Assembly: GCA_046483305.1 (NCBI GenBank)
Contig: JAWODM010000004.1
Coordinates: 46,894-110,893 of the forward strand
Origin: Candidatus Krumholzibacteriales bacterium
Lineage (GTDB): Bacteria; Krumholzibacteriota; Krumholzibacteriia; Krumholzibacteriales; WJIX01
Reading direction: 5' to 3'
Length of the DNA: 64,000 bases
The notes under the pieces were generated by a model, which had not been told where the DNA came from, searched no databases, and saw only the letters and a list, made by a program, of their open reading frames with translations. The position numbers and the translations under genes are program-made. Of this stretch, positions 39,470 to 50,101 are shown piece by piece. Numbering within the stretch: position 1 is the stretch's first letter; each line of letters opens with the position of its first letter.

Positions 39470-40417
39470 TTGAACGGAAAGATTTCCAGGTTAATCCTTC
39501 ACATTCTCTTCTTTGCCGGCCTGGCGTTCCTTTTTGTGGGAGGTCCCGGGAACAATGCATCCAGATCTTTCCTGGATCTATGGAATCTGGGCCATCCCCT
39601 TCTGTTTATTCTCTTCGTATTTATTCTTTACAGCGATTGGAAAGATTTCGGGGAAAAGAGCCGGCTGAAGCAGTGGATGGTGGCCATGTTTCTGGGAGCG
39701 GCCCTGGGCCTGGCCACGGAGGTGGTACAGTCGATGGTGGGAAGACAGTTCGACCATCTGGATATTATAAGGGACCTGGCCGGATGCGCAACCGGGCTTC
39801 TGATTCTTTCAGGTTCGGATAGGAAAATGCTGAAAACTGAAAAACTCGCCAGAGCGTCTGGTATATCCATAATCACTATCGCGCTGATGGTACCCCTGTT
39901 TTTCTCGCTTTCCGACGAACTTATTGCCAGGAAACAGTTTCCGCTTCTTTCAGGATTCGAGACTCCCCTGGAGGTCGACCGGTGGAGAGCGGACGGGCCG
40001 ATATCGATATCGGATAATGTTTTCAGAGGAGGGAAGGCTTCATTGATGGCCGGATTCACCACCGCAAGGTACTCACGGGTAACCATGAGATATTCGCTGG
40101 GAGAGTGGGAAGGGTACGATTACCTGGGATTTTCCATTTACAACCCGGACAGTTCCGGTTTGAAACTGATCTGCCGGATTCATGACCGGGAACATGAGAA
40201 GCGGGGCAATGAATACACGGACAGGTTTCACCGTACCCTGATGCTGGAGAACGGCTGGAATGACTTGTCTATTCCGGTCGAAGATATCAGGACGGCTCCC
40301 TCTGAGAGAGAAATGAATTTGAATGAGTTAGTACAAATTACCTTTTTCAGCGTCTCGCTCCCGGGACCGAGGACAGTATACATAGATAATGTTATGCTGC
40401 ATAGAACAAGACAGTAA
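39470..40417 (+). CDS. VanZ-like membrane domain fused to a carbohydrate-binding-like domain
   Basis: GH...F, TEVVQ...GR...DIIRDLAG (VanZ-like); soluble C-domain 'GWNDLSIP...VYIDNV'. Confidence 0.7.
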   Translation: MNGKISRLILHILFFAGLAFLFVGGPGNNASRSFLDLWNLGHPLLFILFVFILYSDWKDFGEKSRLKQWMVAMFLGAALGLATEVVQSMVGRQFDHLDIIRDLAGCATGLLILSGSDRKMLKTEKLARASGISIITIALMVPLFFSLSDELIARKQFPLLSGFETPLEVDRWRADGPISISDNVFRGGKASLMAGFTTARYSRVTMRYSLGEWEGYDYLGFSIYNPDSSGLKLICRIHDREHEKRGNEYTDRFHRTLMLENGWNDLSIPVEDIRTAPSEREMNLNELVQITFFSVSLPGPRTVYIDNVMLHRTRQ

Positions 40418-40555
40418 GAGGAGATTTGCCGAAAACGGTTGGGGGGGATATTACGGAAGAAGCTTAAAGAGCTAAAGCTGATCTGCAGCCAGAATTGTTA
40501 TTTACGGGAAGAGCAGCCGGCCGAACTTGAGTTGAGCGGTTCCTGAACCGCGGGA

Positions 40556-41356
40556 TTACCGATTGTAATATTTCATCGCCTCGGGCATCAGGCTTTGTAT
40601 ATTATTGATTCGAGTCTCGCCGGCCGGGTGAGTGCTCAGAAATTCCGGAGGAGCCGGCCCCTCTTTCTTTTCCAGCATTCGCTGCCAGAAATCCAGGGAA
40701 GCCCTGGGATTGTAACCGGCCATCGCCATGAAGATCAGTCCCAGGTGATCGGCTTCATTTTCATGAGTTCTGCTGTAAGGCAGCAGCACTCCTATCTGTG
40801 TTCCCACGCCATATACCGCCATCCATAGCTGCCTGGTCTCATCAGGCGCATTTTCCAGAGCTTCCGAGAGGGCCATCCCGCCCATCTGAGTTATCAGTAC
40901 ATAGCTCAGCCTCTCGTCGCCGTGCTTCGCTACCGCATGAGCGATTTCGTGTCCCATCACAACCGCCAGTCCCCGTTCATCCATGGTTACCGGCAGGATT
41001 CCGGTGTATATAACGACTTTGCCGCCGGGCATGGCCCAGGCATTTACTTCCTCGCTCTCAATAAGGTTAAACTCCCAGCTGTAATTTTTCAGTTGATCTT
41101 TCATCCCCTGCTCGGAGAAGTAATTCTCCACACCATTCTGGATCCTTCTTCCCACTCTTTTTACCATTTCCGTCATTTCCCTGTCGTCGCTGAGCTTATG
41201 TTCTTTCATGAACTGACTGTATTGCTGATAACTCGTCGACATCATCTGATTGTCCGGAATTATATCCAGCTGCCTCCGCCCCGTTATGGGAACAATGGAG
41301 CAGCAGCAGAGAGCGATCTGAATGAACACTAAACCGGGAAGAACGTATCTTTTCAT
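40556..41356 (-). CDS. M48-family zinc metallopeptidase (probable lipoprotein)
   Basis: NAWAMPGG, HEIAH, YSRTHENEAD, FLSTHP. ATG 41356 follows a GAGG RBS. Confidence 0.92.
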   Translation of the reverse strand: MKRYVLPGLVFIQIALCCCSIVPITGRRQLDIIPDNQMMSTSYQQYSQFMKEHKLSDDREMTEMVKRVGRRIQNGVENYFSEQGMKDQLKNYSWEFNLIESEEVNAWAMPGGKVVIYTGILPVTMDERGLAVVMGHEIAHAVAKHGDERLSYVLITQMGGMALSEALENAPDETRQLWMAVYGVGTQIGVLLPYSRTHENEADHLGLIFMAMAGYNPRASLDFWQRMLEKKEGPAPPEFLSTHPAGETRINNIQSLMPEAMKYYNR

Positions 41357-41606
41357 TTTGAACCACCTCTTATGATACCTGAAACGTTGGAATTTAATAT
41401 CCCCTGGACTCAAATCAATCTCAGCCGACAGAGTGCGGCGGGTCATCACTGATCATGGCCTTAAAATCCGCCTGTCCGGCATTATTCCCTGTAACCCCGC
41501 CTGGGATTCATTATAATCCAGCCGCCATTCTCTTTCAATATTAAATGGTTTTTGGAGTTTCCCCAATTTTTATAACCTATAAGGTAGTCGATGATTTGTA
41601 ATAGTA

Positions 41607-41756
41607 TGTGGATGATTGATATTTTCAAAATCGTGGTCGATTTCCCCGGCGAGGAAATCGCCACTCCCGCCTCGGGCTCACTCTTTCTGCCCCTTCGGGT
41701 CAGAAATCCTTGCCCGCTCGCCCTCCGGAGGGTTTTGAAAATATCAATCATCCACA
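41607..41756. mobile_element. 150-bp palindromic MITE/REP-like element
   Basis: Perfect 24-bp terminal inverted repeats TGTGGATGATTGATATTTTCAAAA / TTTTGAAAATATCAATCATCCACA, with nested internal stems. Confidence 0.7.
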
Positions 41757-42012
41757 CTCACCAGCAATGAAAACCCTATTCCAGTTACCAATCCTAATAA
41801 CTTATTGTATCTCTCAATGTTAGTAGAATACTTGCCGGATTTTTGGGGGAACTCCAGTAAATGGTTTCCCGGCCCGGTAGAGAGATCATTATCAGGAGCG
41901 ATCGTCCCGGGCGGATAAATCGTCGAATAATAAGGGAAAAGGCTGGAAAATATTCTGGAAATGAAGACTGTAATATGGCAGTATATATTAAATTTAAAAT
42001 CTGGAGGTAAGT

Positions 42013-44106
42013 ATGCATTTGAGAAAACTGACAGCCGCGGTGGTTCTGACAGCCGCTGTGGCGGCGTTCTCGACGACCTCCCCCCTCTGCGGGGAACATG
42101 AGAAGCCGGAGTGGATAAAGGAAACAGTGATGGAACTGCAAAATAAGCTGGTAGAAAAGTACGGAGAAGGACAGAGAGAGAGAATCAGCCGCGGACTCAA
42201 GCAGGTGGCGGCTCTGTGGAAGGCCGAAGATGGCGATGAAACGGTTTTTGAGAAATTTGTCCTGAAGAATTACGCGGGGGACAGGAGAGAGCATGACGAG
42301 ATGTTCAAGCGTTTCGAATATATCTTTGAGCAGATAGACGGGCATATGCACGAGATAGGTATAGCTCTCAGAAGGCAGGCCGATCTCGATATAGGGCCGC
42401 TTTATCATTTTGACCGGGTTCTTTCCGGTTACAGTCCCGGGTCGCATGTCCGGGAGGATTTCTTCAGGAATAAGATAGCGTTTACTGTTCTTTTGAATTT
42501 CCCCCTTACCACACTGGAGGAAAGGATCGAACAGGGGCCTGAGTGGTCCAGGAGGAAGTGGGCTGAAGTCCGGCTTGCCCAGCGATACGATACCAGAGTT
42601 CCCGCCGAGGTCAGCGCGGAGGTGTCTGAGGCGATGGCCGCATCTGACAATTATATAGCCGGTTACAATATCTGGATGCATCATCTGGTCAACAGTGAGG
42701 GGGAGCGGCTGTTCCCGCCCGGAATGAGGCTGCTGAGTCACTGGAATCTCAGGGACGAGATAAAGGCTGATTACCAGGATAGCAGGATGGGGCTGGCCAA
42801 GCAGAAGATGATACAGAAGGTAATGGAGAGAATAGTGGACCAGACCATCCCCGCGGTGGTTATCGACAACCCTCACGTGGACTGGAATCCTTACACTAAC
42901 CAGGTGACCGAAGCGGATGTCAGCGATTCGGACAAACCGGCTCCTTCCGGCATGGAAGTGACCGCTGCACGCGAACCTGATACCAGGTATAGAATACTGC
43001 TGGATATTTTCAGGGCGATTAAGGGGATAGATCCCTATTCACCGTCCGAGCCTACTCATATAGACCGGATGTTCAATGTGGCCCGTGAAATCCCGGAGAA
43101 GGAAGCGGAGAGAATGCTTCTGGATGTTCTGGAATCACCATATGTGGATCAGGTCGCGGATTTGATCAGGGATAGGCTGGGAAGGGAGCTTCAGCCTTTC
43201 GATATCTGGTACAACGGATTCAGATCGCAGGGCGATATCAACGAGGCGGAACTGGATAGAATGGTAAGCAGGAAGTATCCGGATGCCGAATCGTTTGACA
43301 GGGATATACCGAATATTCTTCGGAAGCTGGGATTTTCCCCGGATAAAGCGGATTACCTTGGCGCCAGCATTGTAGTTGAACCGGCCCGGGGCTCGGGCCA
43401 CGCTTCCGGCGCTCAGATGAAAACAGCGCCGGCCAGGCTCAGAACCAGGGTTGGGGAGAACGGGATGGATTACAAGGGGTTTAATATCGCGGTCCATGAA
43501 CTGGGACATAATGTCGAGCAGGTGTTTACCCTGAAGGATGTCGATTACACCCTGATGGAAGGAGTTCCCAATACCGCTTTTACAGAGGCGTTTGCCTTCG
43601 TGTTTCAGGGAAACGATCTGATGCTTCTGGGGATGGAAGAGAAGCAGAGCGGGAAGGAGAAAGCGTATAAGGCACTTGACAGTTTCTGGGGTGCCAGAGA
43701 GATCGCGGCGGTATCGCTCGTCGACATGAAGATCTGGCATTGGATGTATGAACACCCGGATGCTTCGCCCGCGGAGCTGCGAGAAGCGGTACTTAAGATT
43801 GCCGGAGAAGTATGGAACCAGCATTTTGCGGAGGTTTTCGGCAAGAAGGATGTTTATATCCTGGCGATCTATTCTCATATAATACACTCGGCTCTTTACA
43901 CCCCGGACTATCCCATTGGCGAGATGATAGCTGTTCAGGTAAGAGACAGAATGGAAAAGGCCGGAAGCATAGGGCCTGAGTTCGAGCGGATGGCGGTGAT
44001 AGGCCGGGTTACACCGGATATGTGGATGAAGAACGCCACCGGCAGTTCCGTGGGGGCCGAAGCGCTCCTGGAGGAAACAGGAAAGGCACTGGAAATTATA
44101 GATTAG
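42013..44106 (+). CDS. Secreted gluzincin-like metalloprotein (HExxH...E)
   Basis: Signal peptide; AVHELGH with downstream NTAFTEAFA; GGAGG RBS. Confidence 0.65.
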   Translation: MHLRKLTAAVVLTAAVAAFSTTSPLCGEHEKPEWIKETVMELQNKLVEKYGEGQRERISRGLKQVAALWKAEDGDETVFEKFVLKNYAGDRREHDEMFKRFEYIFEQIDGHMHEIGIALRRQADLDIGPLYHFDRVLSGYSPGSHVREDFFRNKIAFTVLLNFPLTTLEERIEQGPEWSRRKWAEVRLAQRYDTRVPAEVSAEVSEAMAASDNYIAGYNIWMHHLVNSEGERLFPPGMRLLSHWNLRDEIKADYQDSRMGLAKQKMIQKVMERIVDQTIPAVVIDNPHVDWNPYTNQVTEADVSDSDKPAPSGMEVTAAREPDTRYRILLDIFRAIKGIDPYSPSEPTHIDRMFNVAREIPEKEAERMLLDVLESPYVDQVADLIRDRLGRELQPFDIWYNGFRSQGDINEAELDRMVSRKYPDAESFDRDIPNILRKLGFSPDKADYLGASIVVEPARGSGHASGAQMKTAPARLRTRVGENGMDYKGFNIAVHELGHNVEQVFTLKDVDYTLMEGVPNTAFTEAFAFVFQGNDLMLLGMEEKQSGKEKAYKALDSFWGAREIAAVSLVDMKIWHWMYEHPDASPAELREAVLKIAGEVWNQHFAEVFGKKDVYILAIYSHIIHSALYTPDYPIGEMIAVQVRDRMEKAGSIGPEFERMAVIGRVTPDMWMKNATGSSVGAEALLEETGKALEIID

Positions 44107-44150
44107 CAGTTCAGCGAAGAGTATTAACTTAAGGCAGGTTGGTGAACCCT

Positions 44151-45146
44151 ATGGCATCAGAGAAAGTCAGAATACTGGTAACCGGTTGTCTGGGACAGAT
44201 AGGATCAGAATTGGTGAAGGCTCTGAGCGAGCGTTACGGCAGCGAAAACGTGGTAATGAGCGATATCAGGGACGAAGGCAGCGAAGAACTGGCAGCGTAC
44301 GGTGATTTCGTAAAGATGGATGTTCGGTCGGATGAGGACTTTAACCGGGTAGTACTGGAAAATGGGATAAACCGCACCTATCACCTGGCGGCGATACTCT
44401 CCGCTGTCGCCGAGGAGAACCCCCTCAGGGCATGGGAGGTTAATATGGGCGGGCTGGTCAATGCCCTGGAGGTGTGCAGAGAGAATGGATGCAGTCTGTT
44501 CGTCCCAAGTTCGATAGGCGCCTTCGGGCCTGACACACCCCTGGATAACACCCCCCAGGATACCATAATGAGGCCGCATTCCATGTATGGCGTTACCAAG
44601 GTTTCCGGAGAGCTGATCTGTGATTATTATAATCTCAAATTCGGCCTGGATACCAGGGGAGTGAGATATCCCGGGATAGTATCGAACCAGACCATGCCGG
44701 GCGGCGGAACCACCGATTACGCGGTGGAGATATTCTACGCGGCGGTTACGGAGGGACGTTATACATGCTATCTACGCCCGGATACCTATCTGGACATGAT
44801 GTATATGCCGGATGCTATCAAGGCGGCCATAGACCTCATGGAAGCTGAAAGCGAGGGATTAATACACCGCAACGCCTTCAATGTTACTGCCATGCATTTC
44901 ACGCCGCAGCAGCTGGCGGATGCTATCAGGAAGCAGATGCCCCGCTTTGAGATAGAGTATGACCCGGATCCCCTGAGGCAGAGTATAGCGGATTCCTGGC
45001 CGAATTACATGGATGACCGGGCTGCCCGCAGTGAGTGGGGATGGGAACCCGAATACGATATTGATGGCATGGTGGAGGATATGTTAAGAGTTTTGAGTAG
45101 GAAGCATGAAGAAGGAAGACTCAGATATACGGGAGGGAAGAGTTAA
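44151..45146 (+). CDS. tdh: SDR-type L-threonine 3-dehydrogenase
   Basis: TGCLGQIG, HLAAILSA, PSSIGAFG, MYGVTK, PGGGTTDY, IADSWP; adjacent to kbl. Confidence 0.87.
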   Translation: MASEKVRILVTGCLGQIGSELVKALSERYGSENVVMSDIRDEGSEELAAYGDFVKMDVRSDEDFNRVVLENGINRTYHLAAILSAVAEENPLRAWEVNMGGLVNALEVCRENGCSLFVPSSIGAFGPDTPLDNTPQDTIMRPHSMYGVTKVSGELICDYYNLKFGLDTRGVRYPGIVSNQTMPGGGTTDYAVEIFYAAVTEGRYTCYLRPDTYLDMMYMPDAIKAAIDLMEAESEGLIHRNAFNVTAMHFTPQQLADAIRKQMPRFEIEYDPDPLRQSIADSWPNYMDDRAARSEWGWEPEYDIDGMVEDMLRVLSRKHEEGRLRYTGGKS

Positions 45147-46340
45147 ATGTACACTATAAAGGATCAGTTGTTGCAGGAACTGGACGAGATAAGGGAAGCC
45201 GGCCTTTACAAGGAAGAGCGGATAATTGTATCCGACCAGAAAGCTGATATCGAAGTCAAGTCAGGCGGCGAAGTTATTAATTTCTGCGCCAACAACTACC
45301 TGGGCCTGGCCAACAATAAAGAGCTGGCAAAGGCGGCGTGTGAAATCATGGAGTCCAGGGGATTCGGCCTCTCTTCTGTAAGGTTTATCTGCGGAACCCA
45401 GGATATTCACAAAGAGCTGGAAGAGAAACTGGCAAAATTCTTCCGCAAGGATGACGCCATACTTTACGCGTCATGTTTCGACGCGAACGGGGGCCTTTTC
45501 GAGGTCTTTCTGGGCAAGGAAGACGCCGTCATCAGCGACGAGCTGAATCACGCTTCGATTATAGACGGGGTAAGATTATGCAAGGCAATGCGGTACCGTT
45601 ACAAGAATAATGACATGGAGGACCTCCGCAGGCAGCTCGAACAGGCCAGGTCGGATGGAGCCAAAAGGATGATGATATGCACGGACGGCGTCTTCTCGAT
45701 GGACGGCATAATAGCGAAAATAGATAAGATCTGCGACCTTGCAGAAGAGTATGGCGCATTGGTGATGGTTGATGATTGCCACGCCAGCGGTTTCTTCGGC
45801 CCCACCGGCAGGGGTAGCGCGGAATATTGCGGAGCCCTGGACAGGGTTGATATCATTACTTCGACTCTGGGAAAAGCCCTGGGAGGAGCATCCGGGGGAT
45901 TTACCACCGGGCACCGGGAGATAATTGATATGCTGCGCCAGCGCTCCAGGCCCTACCTGTTTTCCAATACTGTCGCGCCGGCCCTGGTGGCCGCCGCTAT
46001 AAAGGTCCTGGATATGCTCGACGAAGAGAGCGGTAAACTGGATAAGCTCAGGGAGAATACAAAATATTTCCGAAGCAGGATGACCGAAGCGGGCTTTGAT
46101 ATAGTGGAGGGGGCCCATCCCATCGTGCCGGTAATGCTCTACGATGCCAAACTGGCCACCGAGATGGCCGACCGGCTCCTGGATGAGGGGATCTACGTGA
46201 TAGGATTCTCCTACCCGGTGGTTCCCAGGGGCCAGGCCAGAATCAGGGTTCAGATCTCCGCCGCTCACAGCCGGGAACACCTTGACAAGGCTGTCAGCGC
46301 CTTTACCGCAACGGGAAGGGACCTGGGAGTAATATCTTGA
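45147..46340 (+). CDS. kbl: Glycine C-acetyltransferase (2-amino-3-ketobutyrate CoA ligase)
   Basis: [53 protein letters not shown]. Confidence 0.95.
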   Translation: MYTIKDQLLQELDEIREAGLYKEERIIVSDQKADIEVKSGGEVINFCANNYLGLANNKELAKAACEIMESRGFGLSSVRFICGTQDIHKELEEKLAKFFRKDDAILYASCFDANGGLFEVFLGKEDAVISDELNHASIIDGVRLCKAMRYRYKNNDMEDLRRQLEQARSDGAKRMMICTDGVFSMDGIIAKIDKICDLAEEYGALVMVDDCHASGFFGPTGRGSAEYCGALDRVDIITSTLGKALGGASGGFTTGHREIIDMLRQRSRPYLFSNTVAPALVAAAIKVLDMLDEESGKLDKLRENTKYFRSRMTEAGFDIVEGAHPIVPVMLYDAKLATEMADRLLDEGIYVIGFSYPVVPRGQARIRVQISAAHSREHLDKAVSAFTATGRDLGVIS

Positions 46341-46417
46341 CTTTATCCGCGGATGTTTATAAATAGACCCCTGAAATAAGTAACAGACAGAATCATTCTA
46401 TTAACAGGGAGGTTTGG

Positions 46418-48397
46418 ATGGAATCCGGTTCGGATCTATTAATCAGGAGCATTCCGGTAATCGGTCTGCTGGGAATAATAATGGCGGTAGTAACCTATTT
46501 CAGAGTGAAGAAAAAACCGGCAGGGAATGAGCTGATGCAGAAGATCGCCGGCAAGATTCACCGGGGAGCCTTCGTGTTTCTGAAAAGGGAATACCAGATT
46601 ATAGCCATATTTATCGTGGTTGTTTTTGCGGTACTGGCATGGCTGCTCAGTATTCAGACCGCTTTCGCTTTTCTTTTCGGGGCGATCTGCTCCATGGCGG
46701 CGGGGCTTCTGGGTATGGAAGCGGCCACCAGAAGCAGCGTGAGAGCTTGCCAGGGAGCTAAAGACGGGGGCATCAACAGAGCCCTTTCCATCGCCTTCAG
46801 CGGCGGCTCTGTTATGGGCATAATCGTGGCGGCCCTGGGTGTATTCGGGCTGGGTTTATACTTTATCTTCACCAGAGACCCGAAAATTATCAACGGTTTC
46901 GCCATGGGAGCCAGCTCCATCGCCCTGTTTGCGCGTGTGGGCGGAGGGGTTTATACCAAGAGCGCTGATGTCGGAGCGGACCTGGTAGGAAAGATTGAAG
47001 CGGGAATTCCGGAGGATGATCCCAGGAATCCCGGTGTAATTGCCGATAACGTGGGAGACAATGTCGGCGATACCGCCGGAATGGGAGCTGACCTGTTCGA
47101 AAGCTATGTGGGGAGCGTGGTCGCCACCATGGCGATAGGGGCCAGCATGGCGGGCGTGAATAACACCATGTGGATGTTTCTTCCCATCGCACTTATATCA
47201 GTGGGCCTGATCGCGTCGGTTCTGGGTATATTCTCCATCTCAGCTCTGATGAAGGCGGGCCCGCAGTCGGCGCTGAGATACAGCACTTATATCAGCGGGA
47301 TAATATTTATTATAGCGTCGTATTTCCTGATTAATTACCTGATTGGAGTAATCGATCCTTTCTGGGCTATCCTATCGGGGATAATAGCCGGGATACTTAT
47401 CGGCCTGGAAAGTGAATATTTCACCTCCGGCCCCCCGGTCAGGGAGGTGGGCAGAGCCAGTGAGACCGGCCCGGCCACTACCATCATTACGGGTTTTGCG
47501 GTGGGGCTTCAGAGCGCCATCCTTCCGGTTATAACTCTGGTGGTGGCAATATATATTTCATACAGGTTCGGAGGAGGGCTTTACGGTATAGCGATATCTG
47601 CGGTGGGGATGCTTTCCACTATAGGTATCGTGATGTCCACCGATTCTTATGGCCCCATAGCTGATAATGCCGGCGGAATTGCCGAGATGTCCAATGCCGG
47701 ACCGGAGATCAGAAAGATTACTGATAAGCTTGATTCAATCGGGAATACCACGGCCGCCATAGGCAAAGGTTTTGCGCTCGGTTCCGCGGGATTGACCGCC
47801 CTGGCTCTATTCAGCGCTTACCAGAGAACCGTGGGAATAGATTCCATCAATCTGTCGACGCCGACCACCGTGATCGGCCTGTTCCTGGGCGCGATGATGC
47901 CTTTTCTGATAGCGTCTCTTACCATGAAAGGCGTGGGAAGAGCCGGAAATGTCCTGGTCAAGGAGATCAGAAGGCAGTTCAGGGAGATCAAGGGATTGAT
48001 GGAAGGCAAGGCTGAGCCTGATGAAGAAAAATGCATCGATATAGTTACCAGGGCGGCTCTCAGGGAGATGGTCGTCCCCGGAGTTCTGGCAGTGGTGTCT
48101 CCGCTGTTCGTCGGTTTCGTAATAGGAGCCGAAGCGCTGGGAGGATTTCTGGCCGGAGCGACGACCACCGGGGTGCTGATGGGTATATTCATGGCTAACG
48201 CAGGCGGGACCTGGGATAACGCCAAGAAATGGATAGAGGAAGGTAATCTGGGTGGCAAGGGCACTGATGTTCATGCCGCCGCCGTGGTGGGTGATACCGT
48301 CGGTGATCCATTCAAGGACACTTCCGGCCCCAGCATGAATATTCTGATCAAGCTCATGTCAGTGGTTTCTCTGGTATTCGCGCCTCTTTTCCTCTAG
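46418..48397 (+). CDS. hppA: Membrane-bound pyrophosphatase, K+-dependent type (likely Na+-translocating)
   Basis: [25 protein letters not shown] (Ala indicates K+ dependence), [14 protein letters not shown]. Confidence 0.93.
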   Translation: MESGSDLLIRSIPVIGLLGIIMAVVTYFRVKKKPAGNELMQKIAGKIHRGAFVFLKREYQIIAIFIVVVFAVLAWLLSIQTAFAFLFGAICSMAAGLLGMEAATRSSVRACQGAKDGGINRALSIAFSGGSVMGIIVAALGVFGLGLYFIFTRDPKIINGFAMGASSIALFARVGGGVYTKSADVGADLVGKIEAGIPEDDPRNPGVIADNVGDNVGDTAGMGADLFESYVGSVVATMAIGASMAGVNNTMWMFLPIALISVGLIASVLGIFSISALMKAGPQSALRYSTYISGIIFIIASYFLINYLIGVIDPFWAILSGIIAGILIGLESEYFTSGPPVREVGRASETGPATTIITGFAVGLQSAILPVITLVVAIYISYRFGGGLYGIAISAVGMLSTIGIVMSTDSYGPIADNAGGIAEMSNAGPEIRKITDKLDSIGNTTAAIGKGFALGSAGLTALALFSAYQRTVGIDSINLSTPTTVIGLFLGAMMPFLIASLTMKGVGRAGNVLVKEIRRQFREIKGLMEGKAEPDEEKCIDIVTRAALREMVVPGVLAVVSPLFVGFVIGAEALGGFLAGATTTGVLMGIFMANAGGTWDNAKKWIEEGNLGGKGTDVHAAAVVGDTVGDPFKDTSGPSMNILIKLMSVVSLVFAPLFL

Positions 48398-48421
48398 ATG
48401 CGGAATCATGAGCCAATAGTC

Positions 48422-48459
48422 ATACCCCTGCTCTTTCTTCTGGGCAGGGGTATTTTTTT
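48422..48459 (+). terminator. Rho-independent terminator
   Basis: ATACCCCTGC...GCAGGGGTAT followed by a T run. Confidence 0.85.
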
Positions 48460-48507
48460 GTTCTATTATCGTATTCAACAGGCATCCTGAGCGAGAGGAG
48501 GGATAAT

Positions 48508-49596
48508 TTGGCTCTTAAGGTCGGAATAATCGGACTGCCCAATGTAGGCAAATCAACCCTGATGAATGCACTGGCCCGTACCGGGGCGGAAGCGTCCAAC
48601 TATCCATTCTGCACCATTGAATCCAATATGGGAATGGTAACGGTGCCGGATGAGAGATTGGAACAACTGGCAGCCCTTCTGGAGCCGGAAGAGGTAATCC
48701 CCTCCGCTATAAATTTCGTTGATATCGCCGGGCTGGTAAGGGGTGCGAGCAGGGGGGAAGGCCTGGGTAACAAATTCCTGCACTATATCAGGGAAGTTGA
48801 CCTGCTGGTTCATGTAATTCGAAGCTTCAGCGATCCATTGGTCAGCCATGTTCATGGATGTATTGACCCGCTGGATGACCTGGAGGCCGTTGAAACCGAA
48901 TTGTTTCTGGCAGATATAGAGAGAGTGGAAAGCAGGATGGAAAAGGAGCGCAGCAGGGCTAAAGCGGTCAGGAAGGAGGAGAGAAAAGATCTCGATTTCC
49001 TGGAGCAGATCAGCGGTATGCTCTCGGAAAAGAGGAGGGTTGATCCTGACGAATATACGGAACACCACAGAGAAATAATCGCTGAGCTTAATCTTCTCAC
49101 ATCAAAGCCGGTAATTTACGTTTTGAATGCCGATGAGGAGTGCGGGCCGGAGACTGAAAAAGCTGTTTCCGGGCTGGAATCATCAGGAGGGAGTGGCTCG
49201 GTGTTTACCATATCCGCCAGGCTCGAAGATGAGCTTAATCAGTTCAGCGAACAGGAGCGGAAGGAATACCTGGAGGAACTGGGTATTCAGGGCGGAGCCC
49301 TGGAGAGGTTTGTTATTAAGTGCCACCGGCAGCTTGGGCTGATAAGGTATTATACCAGGTCCCGGGGAAAACTTCAGGCCTGGTCGATACCGGAAGGGAC
49401 TGCCGCCCCTGAGGCAGCCGGGAAAATACACAGCGATATGGAGGAAGGGTTCATAAGAGCAAAGGTGATAAAATATGATGATCTTATGAAATATCGTTCG
49501 GAAGAGGGGGTCAGGGAGCATGGCCTTTTAAAAACAGAAGGTCATGATTATATTATAAGAGACGGCGATATCATTGAATACCTGTTCAACGGTTAA
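48508..49596 (+). CDS. ychF: Ribosome-binding ATPase YchF
   Basis: [39 protein letters not shown]. Confidence 0.93.
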   Translation: MALKVGIIGLPNVGKSTLMNALARTGAEASNYPFCTIESNMGMVTVPDERLEQLAALLEPEEVIPSAINFVDIAGLVRGASRGEGLGNKFLHYIREVDLLVHVIRSFSDPLVSHVHGCIDPLDDLEAVETELFLADIERVESRMEKERSRAKAVRKEERKDLDFLEQISGMLSEKRRVDPDEYTEHHREIIAELNLLTSKPVIYVLNADEECGPETEKAVSGLESSGGSGSVFTISARLEDELNQFSEQERKEYLEELGIQGGALERFVIKCHRQLGLIRYYTRSRGKLQAWSIPEGTAAPEAAGKIHSDMEEGFIRAKVIKYDDLMKYRSEEGVREHGLLKTEGHDYIIRDGDIIEYLFNG

Positions 49597-49627
49597 TACG
49601 TGGATAATTTACTAAGGGGTGAGGATA

Positions 49628-50065
49628 ATGAATACAAGAGGCCATCAGGAAATTGAACATACCGCTGATATGGGGTTGAAAGGGTGGGGGCCTGATTTGG
49701 AATCCGCATTTGAGGAAGTCGCCTCCGCCATGTTCGAACTGATGGCAGATATCGAGGGGCTGGAGGAGGAGTTTACCATTCAGGCCAGTTGTGAAGCAGA
49801 TTCAGTGGATGAACTGCTGGTGGAGTTCCTGAATACCGTAATTACCGGCCTGGACCTGGAAGAGGCGCTGGGGGTCAAAGCTGAGGTAGAACGGCTCAGA
49901 AACAGAGAGGGAACATACTTTCTTACTTCGGTAGTCCACTGTGTGAAGAGGGATAATGCGCATGGCAGGATGCTCCAGGAGGTAAAGGCCGCTACCAGCT
50001 ACGGAGCCGACGTGCGGAATACAGAGCAGGGAAGCTGGGAAGCGGTATGCGTTGTAGATATGTAG
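49628..50065 (+). CDS. Archease
   Basis: EHTAD, EVKAATS, terminal VDM; upstream of rtcB. Confidence 0.88.
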   Translation: MNTRGHQEIEHTADMGLKGWGPDLESAFEEVASAMFELMADIEGLEEEFTIQASCEADSVDELLVEFLNTVITGLDLEEALGVKAEVERLRNREGTYFLTSVVHCVKRDNAHGRMLQEVKAATSYGADVRNTEQGSWEAVCVVDM

Positions 50066-50101
50066 GACGTTAAAAAGAGTTTTAATATTTCGGAGGATGA
50101 T

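Noticed and set aside
41482..41757. 91-aa minus-strand ORF (MWMIDIFK...)
   Set aside because: Derives from the palindromic element; no independent coding evidence.
38746..44106. Possible genomic island downstream of tRNA-Glu
   Set aside because: No integrase, no duplicated tRNA 3' end and no obvious compositional shift.
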